DNA of 32,000 bases from Rhizobium phage RHph_TM2_3B: the sequence record MN988523.1; one strand, given 5' to 3'. The notes under the pieces are model-generated. The model was not told where the DNA came from. It did not search any database and saw only the letters and a list, made by a program, of their open reading frames with translations. Of the stretch, positions 17,645 through 26,597 are shown in pieces; position 1 is the stretch's first letter; the number at the start of each line of letters is the position of its first letter. The position numbers were made by a program, and so were the translations under genes.

Positions 17645-18220
17645 ATGAATTACAACATTGACACGACTGAAGCAGAGCTACGAGAACAGCTTCAGCAGAA
17701 GAATCGTGAGATAGATCTGAAGTCACCTGATCTTCCCGATTTCACAATCAGCAAGAACATGAAGAAGGATCGGGATGATCTCAAGAAGTATCTTTACTTC
17801 TTGATCAGTAATCAGTCCGATTTTGTCAAGACACTTTACAAATACAGTGACAAGACTATGGAGATGACAATCTCCTCAGACGAGTGTGGATGGAGACCTA
17901 AGTCACATATCTCTCGTGTCGTATGTAACTTGAATCTGAAGACTCTTAAAGTCACATACGAAGCATATGAGACTTCATTCGGTATTCTCAATTCATATGC
18001 AAATCGTCCAGTCGAACATAAGCTCATATTCAAGTACAAGTTTGTTATTTCTCCATCTGCACTACTGAAGCTTACTGAAAGATTCGAGAACGCTGCATGT
18101 GAGTGTATGAAGAAGCTCGAGATTGATCGTGAGATTGCTAAGAAGAAGCAGGATGAGAAGGATCGTCTACTCGGACTGATTGACTTTGAGGTAGAGCAAC
18201 AATTAAATCGTAAGTCGTAG
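17645..18220 (+). CDS. Hypothetical protein
   Basis: Long ORF with upstream TTGGAG. Confidence 0.8.
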   Translation: MNYNIDTTEAELREQLQQKNREIDLKSPDLPDFTISKNMKKDRDDLKKYLYFLISNQSDFVKTLYKYSDKTMEMTISSDECGWRPKSHISRVVCNLNLKTLKVTYEAYETSFGILNSYANRPVEHKLIFKYKFVISPSALLKLTERFENAACECMKKLEIDREIAKKKQDEKDRLLGLIDFEVEQQLNRKS

Positions 18221-18287
18221 GTGCAGTTAGAGTTCTCGAGGGATTCTTCTTTGAAGGCTCCGAAGGTCGGAGTTCAAGGAGAGTGAT
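18217..18287 (+). promoter_or_regulatory. Repeat-family leader copy E
   Basis: cgtaggtgcagttagagttctcgagggattcttctttgaagg; hairpin CTCCGA-agg-TCGGAG; AGGAG. Confidence 0.75.
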
Positions 18288-18611
18288 ATGTCGACTTCTG
18301 TTACAACTGCGACGTACTACGTAGCCAAGACGAAGGCTACTCGTACTCGTGACGATCAGGTCCTCAAGCACAATATCGGTGATGAGTTCACTCTCGTCGC
18401 TGGTGAGTGGATTGGTATGGATGGCTATCGTATGCCTGGATGGACTGAGTATCTTCCTGCCAAGTTCCCTCTCCTCATCAATGCGATGGACTACATCAAG
18501 CATCTTCCTGGTGAGATGTACGGATTCAAGGTGATCCCTGATACGGTCAGTTTCAGTAAGGTCACAGTAACGACTACGACTGAAGAAGAGGAGGTCACTC
18601 TCGATGCCTAG
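18288..18611 (+). CDS. Hypothetical protein
   Basis: ORF after leader copy E. Confidence 0.75.
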   Translation: MSTSVTTATYYVAKTKATRTRDDQVLKHNIGDEFTLVAGEWIGMDGYRMPGWTEYLPAKFPLLINAMDYIKHLPGEMYGFKVIPDTVSFSKVTVTTTTEEEEVTLDA

Positions 18612-18789
18612 CAAGGAAATGCAGGAGATTCAGAAGAGATGGAATGACAAGTATGGTCACCTGTCTCTCGAGGATCGTGAAGCATTGATCAAGAAGGAGA
18701 CTGAAGAAGGTCTTCGTCGACTTAAGGATGCAGGCATTGTACCTACGATGACTGCTGATGAACTCATGAAACTCACGAGGGATCGATAA
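18604..18789 (+). CDS. Hypothetical small protein
   Basis: ORF overlapping previous. Confidence 0.65.
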   Translation: MPSKEMQEIQKRWNDKYGHLSLEDREALIKKETEEGLRRLKDAGIVPTMTADELMKLTRDR

Positions 18790-19181
18790 TGGCATACGGA
18801 GACTATAACGGACCTAACAAGTCTGATAAAGGTCAGGAGAACGGTAGCTGTAATCGTACCAGATGCCAGTGCTCTCCTGCAATCTGGTATAACCATGGAT
18901 CATTTTCATGGTATTGTACTGAGTGCAAGAACGATATATGGAATGCTAACAAGCATACCTTCCATATCGATATGCCGAATGTCAAGCATCCAATGTTCGA
19001 GACTCGTGAGATGATCGACAAGAGAGTCGCTAATGAGTTCTTCTCGAGCTTCGGTACAGGTACTGGCAAGGGTATGCTAGAGGATCAGGTCAGGAGAAAG
19101 CTGGTCATCGACAAATCTGAGCCATTCTCAGATGTTCTCATGAAACTGATGATGTATCGTGGACTTGAGGAGGTATCCTAA
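18789..19181 (+). CDS. Hypothetical Cys-rich protein (possible zinc binder)
   Basis: CNRTRCQC...WYCTECKND. Confidence 0.7.
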   Translation: MAYGDYNGPNKSDKGQENGSCNRTRCQCSPAIWYNHGSFSWYCTECKNDIWNANKHTFHIDMPNVKHPMFETREMIDKRVANEFFSSFGTGTGKGMLEDQVRRKLVIDKSEPFSDVLMKLMMYRGLEEVS

Positions 19182-19663
19182 TGGCATATGGTGAATATCG
19201 TGGTCAGACTCTTGGTCGCATCATGCACTTCTTGTACAAGATGGATTTTAACTCCGACTCATGGGCTCGGATCGGATTCGATAAGGTGAAGGGTAAGATT
19301 GTAATCTACAATACTTACTTCTCTCATCCTGACAATCTTCGATTCGAATCTAAGGACTCGCACCCTGATGGTCGTATCTTCGGATACATCACGTGGGAGA
19401 ATGACGGCGACTCCGACTATCCTATCCTTGAACTCGATCAATTCTTCAAGGATGACATTCATAACTCCTGGCAGGAGAGATGGGACGAGGCAGTCAGACG
19501 TATCAAGCAGACTGACGAGTATCTCGATCGTCCAATGTACTCCAAGAAGGAAGACGATTATCGTAAGCGTATCAAGGATATGACCGATAGAGCACATCTG
19601 ACAGCAGGTGTCTTTGAGTATCCTTATTCCAAGGTCGTTCAGCAGATACGTGTATCATCTTAA
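19181..19663 (+). CDS. Hypothetical protein
   Basis: ORF from TAATG junction; same MAYGxYxG N-terminus as previous ORF. Confidence 0.7.
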   Translation: MAYGEYRGQTLGRIMHFLYKMDFNSDSWARIGFDKVKGKIVIYNTYFSHPDNLRFESKDSHPDGRIFGYITWENDGDSDYPILELDQFFKDDIHNSWQERWDEAVRRIKQTDEYLDRPMYSKKEDDYRKRIKDMTDRAHLTAGVFEYPYSKVVQQIRVSS

Positions 19664-19699
19664 TTAGCATTATCTTTTATAAAACGAGGAACAGTTAAT

Positions 19700-20227
19700 A
19701 TGCATGAATTCTCTGGTACGTTTGCATGGCTTCATCCCGATCGTCAAACTCTTATCAACATGCTTGGATGGCTTGAAGATAATGAAGTCGAGGAGCCGTG
19801 CATTACTCAGTATGGTCGTCATCTGCATACGACTATCTACAACCACGGCTACGAGATCTTTGTACCTCGTAAGAAACTCGAGAAGCCTATTGTAGTTACT
19901 CCGGATCAGCTCGAATACAAGAATCTGAGTGGTCGATTCTTGATTCGTCTCAACAATCCGACTCTGAAGAATTATGCTCGTGGATACTACAGTCGTATCC
20001 CTGAGTTCAATATGGCAGAATGGGAGTCGACGTTCAGTCCTCACATGTTGCTAGGTATGGTAGGTCGTAAGAGAAGTCTGAAGAAGCCTATCGACTTTCC
20101 TATTGTATTCATAGGTGTCAACTCTAGTCCTCGTCTGAAGACTAAGGCAGATATCATCGAGGAGATTCGTGCTAAGACATTGAGTCAATCTCGTAAGAAT
20201 CACATTGTCAAACTCATGGAGAGTTAA
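19700..20227 (+). CDS. Hypothetical protein
   Basis: ORF. Confidence 0.7.
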   Translation: MHEFSGTFAWLHPDRQTLINMLGWLEDNEVEEPCITQYGRHLHTTIYNHGYEIFVPRKKLEKPIVVTPDQLEYKNLSGRFLIRLNNPTLKNYARGYYSRIPEFNMAEWESTFSPHMLLGMVGRKRSLKKPIDFPIVFIGVNSSPRLKTKADIIEEIRAKTLSQSRKNHIVKLMES

Positions 20228-20428
20228 GTGGACTCTAAGAAATTCCACGGATTCGATGAGTACTGTGATACTATCGCAGACGATATCAAGTCACAAGAAG
20301 ATCGTAGAGTTTTGAGTGAACTCTACATAAATAGAGACGATCCAGAGTATCTGAAAGATCCTATAGGCTATGCTGTGAAGACATTCTGGAGAAGTCTCGA
20401 TAACACTCCATCAAAAGGAAATTCTTGA
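20228..20428 (+). CDS. Hypothetical small protein (non-ATG start)
   Basis: ORF; tggaGAG upstream. Confidence 0.5.
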   Translation: MDSKKFHGFDEYCDTIADDIKSQEDRRVLSELYINRDDPEYLKDPIGYAVKTFWRSLDNTPSKGNS

Positions 20429-20639
20429 TGTTCAAGACATGGACGTTCTTTGGATTAAGGTTCCAGATACACATCTTACCTAGATTCAAAGTACGTCTAT
20501 ATTTTGACTCAGGTAAATATTGGAGAAAGAATGAATGATTGTATGTGTGGTAGTATTCACAATCGTCACCCATTTTCTATCAGGTCGACGCAGACGTTAC
20601 TGGAAAGTACTCTAAGAATTATTTAATGGAGTTGGATTT

Positions 20640-20882
20640 GTGATCATTCAACATGAAGAGAAATGGTGGATTAAGATTGTTCAAGATATCTATCCTGAGA
20701 AAGATGATGTCTTCTATGTATACGAAGGTGACCTCGATACAGAGAATATGATCGCCATTGGATTCATTAGTCCCAATCGTACGATTCGAGGACTGAAGAT
20801 CATCAAAGAACTCGGTACTCTGGAGGATTGGAAGATCGTCTGTGAGGCTGTTGAGAGGATTATACTGAATGTCAAGCATTAG
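20640..20882 (+). CDS. Hypothetical protein (GTG start)
   Basis: atGGAGttggatttGTG. Confidence 0.65.
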   Translation: MIIQHEEKWWIKIVQDIYPEKDDVFYVYEGDLDTENMIAIGFISPNRTIRGLKIIKELGTLEDWKIVCEAVERIILNVKH

Positions 20883-21345
20883 TTTCGCAGATATGGATCG
20901 TTATGAGAAGATGATTCTCAATAATCTCACGGTTCCTGATAGTGAGAGGAAAGATATCTGGTCAGAAATCGCTCGTGAGCGTCTAGGTAAGCAAGATGTC
21001 TCCATTGAAGAACGTAGAGCAATTAAGTTACTGTACTGGCAGACTGCATACGGTATTGAGAAGAAGCCTCCCTCTGAACCTTGGGATACTCTCGATATCA
21101 AGATTAAATCTCTTACACTTGGATCGATTGCATGTCCATCAGCATGGGATATTGTTGATGAGAATGGTAAGAGGTATTCTGCAAGATATCGTGGAGCCAC
21201 TCTTCGAGTATATGAAGAACCTGCATACGAGGAGATCTTCAAGGTTGTCGTAAGTGACATTCCACTTGATGGTATGATGCCGACAATCGTGATGCTTAAT
21301 CTGACAGGTATGGAACTTGTCGATGGAGCTACCGTCGAGATCTGA
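20869..21345 (+). CDS. Hypothetical protein
   Basis: ORF. Confidence 0.7.
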   Translation: MSSISFADMDRYEKMILNNLTVPDSERKDIWSEIARERLGKQDVSIEERRAIKLLYWQTAYGIEKKPPSEPWDTLDIKIKSLTLGSIACPSAWDIVDENGKRYSARYRGATLRVYEEPAYEEIFKVVVSDIPLDGMMPTIVMLNLTGMELVDGATVEI

Positions 21346-21385
21346 GAAAATAAAAACGCTGATTATTGCGAATAAAAGAAAAAGA

Positions 21386-21450
21386 TGGGTGCAGTTGTGG
21401 GCTCAGAAGGATTCTTCTTTGAAGGGGCTGGAATGGTTCTACCCTTCTGG
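21386..21450 (+). promoter_or_regulatory. Repeat-family leader copy F
   Basis: atgggtgcagttgtgggctcagaaggattcttctttgaaggg plus two competing hairpins. Confidence 0.7.
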
Positions 21451-21454
21451 TAAG

Positions 21455-21497
21455 CTCCATCTTACGCACAGGATGGAGTAGATTGTTGATTGTGCGT
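21455..21497 (+). promoter_or_regulatory. Predicted H-type RNA pseudoknot in 5' leader
   Basis: CTCCATC/GATGGAG (S1) with loop ACGCACA pairing to downstream TGTGCGT (S2). Confidence 0.6.
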
Positions 21498-21514
21498 TAA
21501 CAAGGAGAATGGAA

Positions 21515-21841
21515 ATGTTCGCAGTTTATGCTCGTACGACGAAGGATGGTACCGATCATATCGAAATGTATGAACGGAAGCAGGATCGCAACTTCGTCGA
21601 GACCATGGACCAGATGTCCAAGAACTATGGTCACAAGATGCACAAGGCTCAGGTCTTCGAATCGGAGGAGAATCTCCGTGAGTGGGTCAAGAAGGAGCTC
21701 GGTGCTAACTGGATCACGCTCCTGGACAAGACGATCGAAGATCAGAAGAAGGACCATCGTCTGAAGGGTAATATCGGTGATGCTCCTCCGAAGACGGCAG
21801 CTGAAGCCAAGAAGGATAATGGTCAGTCCGCTCAGAAGTAA
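21515..21841 (+). CDS. Hypothetical protein, probably highly expressed
   Basis: GGAG spaced 7 nt before ATG 21515; C-ending codons frequent. Confidence 0.75.
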   Translation: MFAVYARTTKDGTDHIEMYERKQDRNFVETMDQMSKNYGHKMHKAQVFESEENLREWVKKELGANWITLLDKTIEDQKKDHRLKGNIGDAPPKTAAEAKKDNGQSAQK

Positions 21842-21865
21842 CTGATCCGATCCTAGAATACAATC

Positions 21866-21903
21866 GCCTAGTGGAGAGCAATCTTCACTAGGCCTTTTCT
21901 TTT
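21866..21903 (+). terminator. Rho-independent terminator
   Basis: gcctagtg-gagagcaatctt-cactaggc then cttttctttt. Confidence 0.85.
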
Positions 21904-21921
21904 ATCTGAACGTTAGATTAG

Positions 21922-22146
21922 ATGATTGCTTTTATAGACGATACTATTAATACTACATCCACTCATTTTGAACTTAGTGAGAGAGGTCCAATCTTTCAGA
22001 TCACTCACAATACTGCATATAATTGTGTGACTTACACGATCAAGAAAGCATTCACTGTCAGGAAAGATCCTGAAGAGAAGAAGATCGATAAGAGACCATT
22101 TCACATTCGCATGAAAGATCATCCTAGTAGCAGGAAACATAAATAA
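21922..22146 (+). CDS. Hypothetical protein
   Basis: ORF. Confidence 0.6.
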   Translation: MIAFIDDTINTTSTHFELSERGPIFQITHNTAYNCVTYTIKKAFTVRKDPEEKKIDKRPFHIRMKDHPSSRKHK

Positions 22147-22403
22147 TGGCATACGACTTGAATATTCTTGACGACGGTGAGACAGAGATCGTCGCTAATG
22201 TCATGGGAAATCTAGGTCTCGAAGAAGGAGACGATGATGATCATGAGAAGTTCGTCAAGTTTCTAGAGACTGCTGACGAATTCGACATCTTGGATAAGTA
22301 TCTTACATGGATCGGTATCATCGGATTCACTAACGAGATCCTTGATGTGATCGAGAAGATCCGTGAGGCTAAGATCGTAGAATCTGAAGAGGTTGAGTCG
22401 TGA
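22146..22403 (+). CDS. Hypothetical acidic protein
   Basis: ORF from TAATG junction. Confidence 0.7.
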   Translation: MAYDLNILDDGETEIVANVMGNLGLEEGDDDDHEKFVKFLETADEFDILDKYLTWIGIIGFTNEILDVIEKIREAKIVESEEVES

Positions 22404-23356
22404 ACGAAGAGAATCAGAATGTAGCCAATCATCTTAATCGTCTGGTCTCATTCTACAAAATTGCAGGAGAGACGAATAAGGCTACATCATTCGCTAAGGC
22501 TGCTGCGTCTATCCTCGCTATGGAGGAATCTGTTCAAGGATATGACTTCTGGAAGAATAAGATTCCAGGGATTGGCGGATCGACGATTAAAGAGATCAGT
22601 GAGTATCTGAAATGGGGTACGACTGAGAGAATGAAGGATCTAGAATCCAAGCATGCGACTCGTAATCCTGATCTTGCAGGACTTCAGACGATTCCTGGAG
22701 TAGGGATCATGAAAGCTCTGGAGCTATGGAAGAAGTATGGAGTAGCTGACGTCATCGAAGCTATCAAAGCTGCTCAGAATGGACGTATTCCTGATGAAGA
22801 ACTCAAGAAGAATATCCTCTCAATGGCAATTCAGCAGGATACTCTTGTTTACAGTGATGTGATTATCGCTGCTCAAGATCTATGCAATGCTGTAGGTAAG
22901 ATCAACGGATATGCACATACTCAATTTGTAGGATCAATCCGGCGTAAGATCGAGACATTGACAGAGATTGAGATCTTGTCAACGATTGAGGATGGAGATC
23001 TCATCCAAGTTCTGAGTGGTCTAGGTATTGACAAGATCGAATGGGTTGATCAGAGTCATGCTCGATTCAATCTACCTATTGGTGACAAGAGCATCACTAC
23101 TTCCATCTATCTGACAACTCCTGAAGAATACTACACAGGATTGTTGTATCGTACTGGTCCTAAGTCATTCATCAAAGCTATTCAATCCTTCGCTAAGGAG
23201 AGGGGATGGAAGATGAATGAGCATCGACTCTTGTTGATCAGTGATCCTAAGATCTCCCGACATATGCCTACTGAAGAATTGTTGTTCAGATTCCTAGGAC
23301 TTGAGTACGTAGCTCCTGAAGATCGAGTTGATGAAACCTCAATCAAGAAGATATGA
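22400..23356 (+). CDS. DNA polymerase X (Pol beta-like) family protein, catalytic residues apparently replaced
   Basis: Two HhH motifs (IPGIGGSTIKEI, IPGVGIMKALELW), palm GSIRRKIETLTEIEIL, YYTGLLYRTGPKSFIKAIQSFAKERGWKMNEHRL, C-term YVAPEDR. Confidence 0.8.
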   Translation: MNEENQNVANHLNRLVSFYKIAGETNKATSFAKAAASILAMEESVQGYDFWKNKIPGIGGSTIKEISEYLKWGTTERMKDLESKHATRNPDLAGLQTIPGVGIMKALELWKKYGVADVIEAIKAAQNGRIPDEELKKNILSMAIQQDTLVYSDVIIAAQDLCNAVGKINGYAHTQFVGSIRRKIETLTEIEILSTIEDGDLIQVLSGLGIDKIEWVDQSHARFNLPIGDKSITTSIYLTTPEEYYTGLLYRTGPKSFIKAIQSFAKERGWKMNEHRLLLISDPKISRHMPTEELLFRFLGLEYVAPEDRVDETSIKKI

Positions 23357-23766
23357 AGATGATTATAAATAATGTCCTTCAGTCCTTAGATAAGATACCT
23401 GAAGCAATATTTGAGTATCTGCTAGTTGATTTGAATGTATTTCATGGCAAAGGATATCTTGACGTAGAAAGGATGATGAATGACTATCTGCGTCAAGCTA
23501 AGTATCAGCGTAAGCTGCTAGTCATCACAATTCCTGCAGCTGATCTCAAAGTCAGATGGAAGATCGATGCTTACAATGCTAGAGACTATGAGATTCCTTT
23601 ATGGACAGCACCGTATTCTCGATCTGTGTATCAGTTAGCTCATATCGTTGTAGCTTATGGTGACAGGATTGTTCTCATCAAAGGTCGACCTGATCGTAGA
23701 CATGATGAGAGAATCAAGTATGAGATTCATCAACAGATAAAGATGCTTCAGGATAATTCTAATTAA
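23353..23766 (+). CDS. Hypothetical protein
   Basis: ORF. Confidence 0.7.
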   Translation: MKMIINNVLQSLDKIPEAIFEYLLVDLNVFHGKGYLDVERMMNDYLRQAKYQRKLLVITIPAADLKVRWKIDAYNARDYEIPLWTAPYSRSVYQLAHIVVAYGDRIVLIKGRPDRRHDERIKYEIHQQIKMLQDNSN

Positions 23767-23822
23767 GCCAATTCAGCGGTCAGGAGCCTTCCTCGTTGTG
23801 AGGTTCCCTATGGAGACTATCT

Positions 23823-24425
23823 GTGACTCTTTCCATTCATCCTAGAATCATTTACTTCCAGAATATCGTAGCAGAACATCATTCGAATCTTGAAAATGAT
23901 TGCTCTATGTATAGAGTCATCAATGGAGATTTCTATATTAAAGTAGATCATAAGACCAATGAGGTATATGATATTCCGAGAGGTGATGGTACATCTCGTA
24001 AAGACAGATTTAAGATTGAGTATACAGGTCCATTTCCTACATGGTATGACTACAATGGATTGCTAGCTCACGCTAAGAAGGCGCTGATTGATGATAGTAT
24101 CAATGATGCTTATCGTAAGTACGAGAATGGTGAACCTATCTGTACTCAGAAGAATTTCGTTGAGACTAATGAGTATTTCACACTCCACGGTATGATCGGA
24201 GCATCTAAAGTTTACTATGGAGCTCGCGGATACGAAGCAGTAGAGTGGTCAGCATATGTAACACCATATCCATTCAGGACTGCTGAAGAAGCTCAGTCTA
24301 CTTTGACAGGTAAGTATGCTGATCCTCCTCCTAAGAAGATAAGAGATATCGTTATTACTCATGTCAAACGACGAGTCACGAAGACTGTTGAGACTGAGAC
24401 ATCAATCATTAAGGTTAAATCATGA
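23823..24425 (+). CDS. Hypothetical protein (GTG start)
   Basis: GGAGactatctGTG; long ORF. Confidence 0.7.
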   Translation: MTLSIHPRIIYFQNIVAEHHSNLENDCSMYRVINGDFYIKVDHKTNEVYDIPRGDGTSRKDRFKIEYTGPFPTWYDYNGLLAHAKKALIDDSINDAYRKYENGEPICTQKNFVETNEYFTLHGMIGASKVYYGARGYEAVEWSAYVTPYPFRTAEEAQSTLTGKYADPPPKKIRDIVITHVKRRVTKTVETETSIIKVKS

Positions 24426-24721
24426 CAACTCATACCGTAAAGAGCTGGTCTCACTTCTATGACGAGATCGTCGCAGGTCGTAAAATGCACGATATGCGAG
24501 ACATGAAGGATCGAGACTACAAGGTAGGTGACTTCCTTGATCTCCAGAGATATGATAACGTGAATGGTAAGTACACTGGCGAGAGTGCTCTCGTAGAGAT
24601 TACCTATATCACGTCAAGAAATACTCCTTGTGCATTCAGTAGTTCTGCACTGGATCGAGACTATTGCATTCTAAGTTTGAAACTCATTGAGGATGGGATA
24701 GACGGAGATGAGCACCATTGA
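24422..24721 (+). CDS. DUF3850/ASCH-like domain protein
   Basis: HTVKSWSHFYDEIVAGRKMHDMRDMKDRDYKVGDFLDLQRYD...GKYTG. Confidence 0.65.
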   Translation: MTTHTVKSWSHFYDEIVAGRKMHDMRDMKDRDYKVGDFLDLQRYDNVNGKYTGESALVEITYITSRNTPCAFSSSALDRDYCILSLKLIEDGIDGDEHH

Positions 24722-24959
24722 GATCATGTTTGATATGGAACTGAAGAAGCCTGCTTGTGTATTGCTACAAGCTGCACATGGATGCAGTGAAGCACGATCA
24801 CTCGTAGGTACTCTTGTTGATCCAGGACTATGGTTACTTGCACCTACTGAGCATATGCAGAAATTCTCTGGTCCTTATGATCTGATCAGACAGAATCTCG
24901 AACAATTGAATGACTATCATAATAATCTGAAGGATTCATCCTGTGAAGTTCGAACCTAG
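24708..24959 (+). CDS. Hypothetical protein
   Basis: ORF. Confidence 0.6.
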   Translation: MSTIEIMFDMELKKPACVLLQAAHGCSEARSLVGTLVDPGLWLLAPTEHMQKFSGPYDLIRQNLEQLNDYHNNLKDSSCEVRT

Positions 24960-25620
24960 ACAATTTTCAGATGTCACTAAAGACGATCCGTACAGCATTC
25001 TTAATTATGTTAAGTCCACGTACATTCAATTTTGCAGATTGACGAGATGGAAGACTCTGAGTGAAAGTAATGAGACAATCGCTCAATTGAATAAAGATAT
25101 CGGCAATGTCATCAACGTTGTAGGTATCGGAACATATGACCAAGCTGAGTGCTATCGTCATTACTTGAATGACTTCAATTCTGCATTGAGGATCATTCGA
25201 GATGATTGGTTCCATATTAGTCATCTCGAAATGTCTTATATACCTACAGTAGGGTCTGTCGTATCTAATTCCAAAATGTATGACGATAGTGGTCGACCAA
25301 TCTCCTTCAGGACTCTTGTAGATCTTGATGTTGATCATTCTGTAGAGCTGTCGAGAGATATTGTAGATGTATATCTACAAGCATGTCTAGGTTACATGAT
25401 TAGTATTACTGCACGTATCAGTCTGAAGGATAAAATCTTCCAAAGTTCATTAGGTCCTACCATCGTCTCCAAGAATGGTAGATATTATAAATTACCTCAC
25501 GATCTATACTTTGACGTGGAAGGTCTTCGTCCTCGTACTCGAGAAGATCGTGGTGGAGTTAATCCTGCAACATACGCAGGAGGAGTCAGAGTTAATAGCA
25601 ATGGATACTTTGAAATCTGA
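24943..25620 (+). CDS. Hypothetical protein (GTG start)
   Basis: Long ORF. Confidence 0.7.
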   Translation: MKFEPRQFSDVTKDDPYSILNYVKSTYIQFCRLTRWKTLSESNETIAQLNKDIGNVINVVGIGTYDQAECYRHYLNDFNSALRIIRDDWFHISHLEMSYIPTVGSVVSNSKMYDDSGRPISFRTLVDLDVDHSVELSRDIVDVYLQACLGYMISITARISLKDKIFQSSLGPTIVSKNGRYYKLPHDLYFDVEGLRPRTREDRGGVNPATYAGGVRVNSNGYFEI

Positions 25621-25798
25621 GAATGTAAGAAGACTGTTGAATGCAGTTGAGTCAGCAGTCGAGCCTTATCTTGACCATCCGATTCATGAGGTAGTCAAGG
25701 AAGATTATGGTCCTGACCCAATTGATCATCGATTCTACGCCAGAAAATCTCAGACAAGGACTCATCCAACATCCGTTAAGAAAGGACGATGGCGATGA
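25601..25798 (+). CDS. Hypothetical small protein
   Basis: ORF overlapping both neighbours; start estimated. Confidence 0.5.
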   Translation: MDTLKSENVRRLLNAVESAVEPYLDHPIHEVVKEDYGPDPIDHRFYARKSQTRTHPTSVKKGRWR

Positions 25799-26163
25799 AT
25801 AGACTTGTAATTATCCTTGCTATCTCAGGAGCTATTGCTACTGCTAACTTCACTCGTGCACGAGGATCGAGTCTGGAGACAGATGCATATGCCTGGGAGA
25901 TCTGTCAGATGATGCAGTCTACCTACAATGAGTTTGTTGGTGAGGTAGACAACAATGTGACTGATGAGAAGATCATGTCTCGCATTCAGATTAAGCTAGA
26001 TAAAGATTATGTTTATCCTGGTATCTTCTACAATGCGACAGTAGTAACTGAACGTATTGATAATAACCACAAGGAATTTGTAGTCCTAGCTAAGTTGAAT
26101 GAAGGTCCTGCATGGATTGAGATTCGTGCATCCGATCCTGAGTGTATTGAATTTCCAAGATAA
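25795..26163 (+). CDS. Predicted secreted protein (Sec-like signal peptide)
   Basis: MNRLVIILAISGAIATANFTRARG. Confidence 0.65.
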   Translation: MNRLVIILAISGAIATANFTRARGSSLETDAYAWEICQMMQSTYNEFVGEVDNNVTDEKIMSRIQIKLDKDYVYPGIFYNATVVTERIDNNHKEFVVLAKLNEGPAWIEIRASDPECIEFPR

Positions 26164-26176
26164 TTGAGATATAAAG

Positions 26177-26596
26177 TTGACTACAGTCGCATATCGTAAT
26201 GGTATTTTAGCAGCAGACTCATTAATCAACGTATCAGGTACTCGTGTAGGGAAGATAGTTAAGGTACGTCGTATTAATGACTACCTCGTAGGGTTCTCAG
26301 GTGATGTGGCTTGTTCCATGAGATTTATCAGAGGATTTGAGCTATCTGAATTTAAGTATCCAGTCCCTAGTGATATGACTGCACTGATCGTTGATCGTAA
26401 AAACAGAGTCATGAGAGTCGAGGGTGGAGAGTTCTTTGAATTTCTAAGAACTGACTATGACTCTATTGGTAGTGGATTTAACTTTGCACTAGGTGCTATG
26501 GCTCATGGAGCTAATGCAGTAGATGCTGTTAAATGTGCTATGAAGCATGACGTATATACAGGTGGACGCATTATGTCTATCTCGTTTAAGGACTGA
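26177..26596 (+). CDS. Proteasome beta/HslV-like Ntn hydrolase
   Basis: (M)TTVAYRNGILAADSL...KIVKVRRINDYLVGFSGD...YDSIGSGFNFALGAMAHG; TTG start. Confidence 0.75.
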   Translation: MTTVAYRNGILAADSLINVSGTRVGKIVKVRRINDYLVGFSGDVACSMRFIRGFELSEFKYPVPSDMTALIVDRKNRVMRVEGGEFFEFLRTDYDSIGSGFNFALGAMAHGANAVDAVKCAMKHDVYTGGRIMSISFKD

Positions 26597-26597
26597 T

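Noticed and set aside
23784-23812. Possible terminator near aggagccttcctcgttgtgaggttccct
   Set aside because: Stem is short (CCTC/GAGG plus weak outer pairs) and has no T-run; insufficient support to call a terminator.
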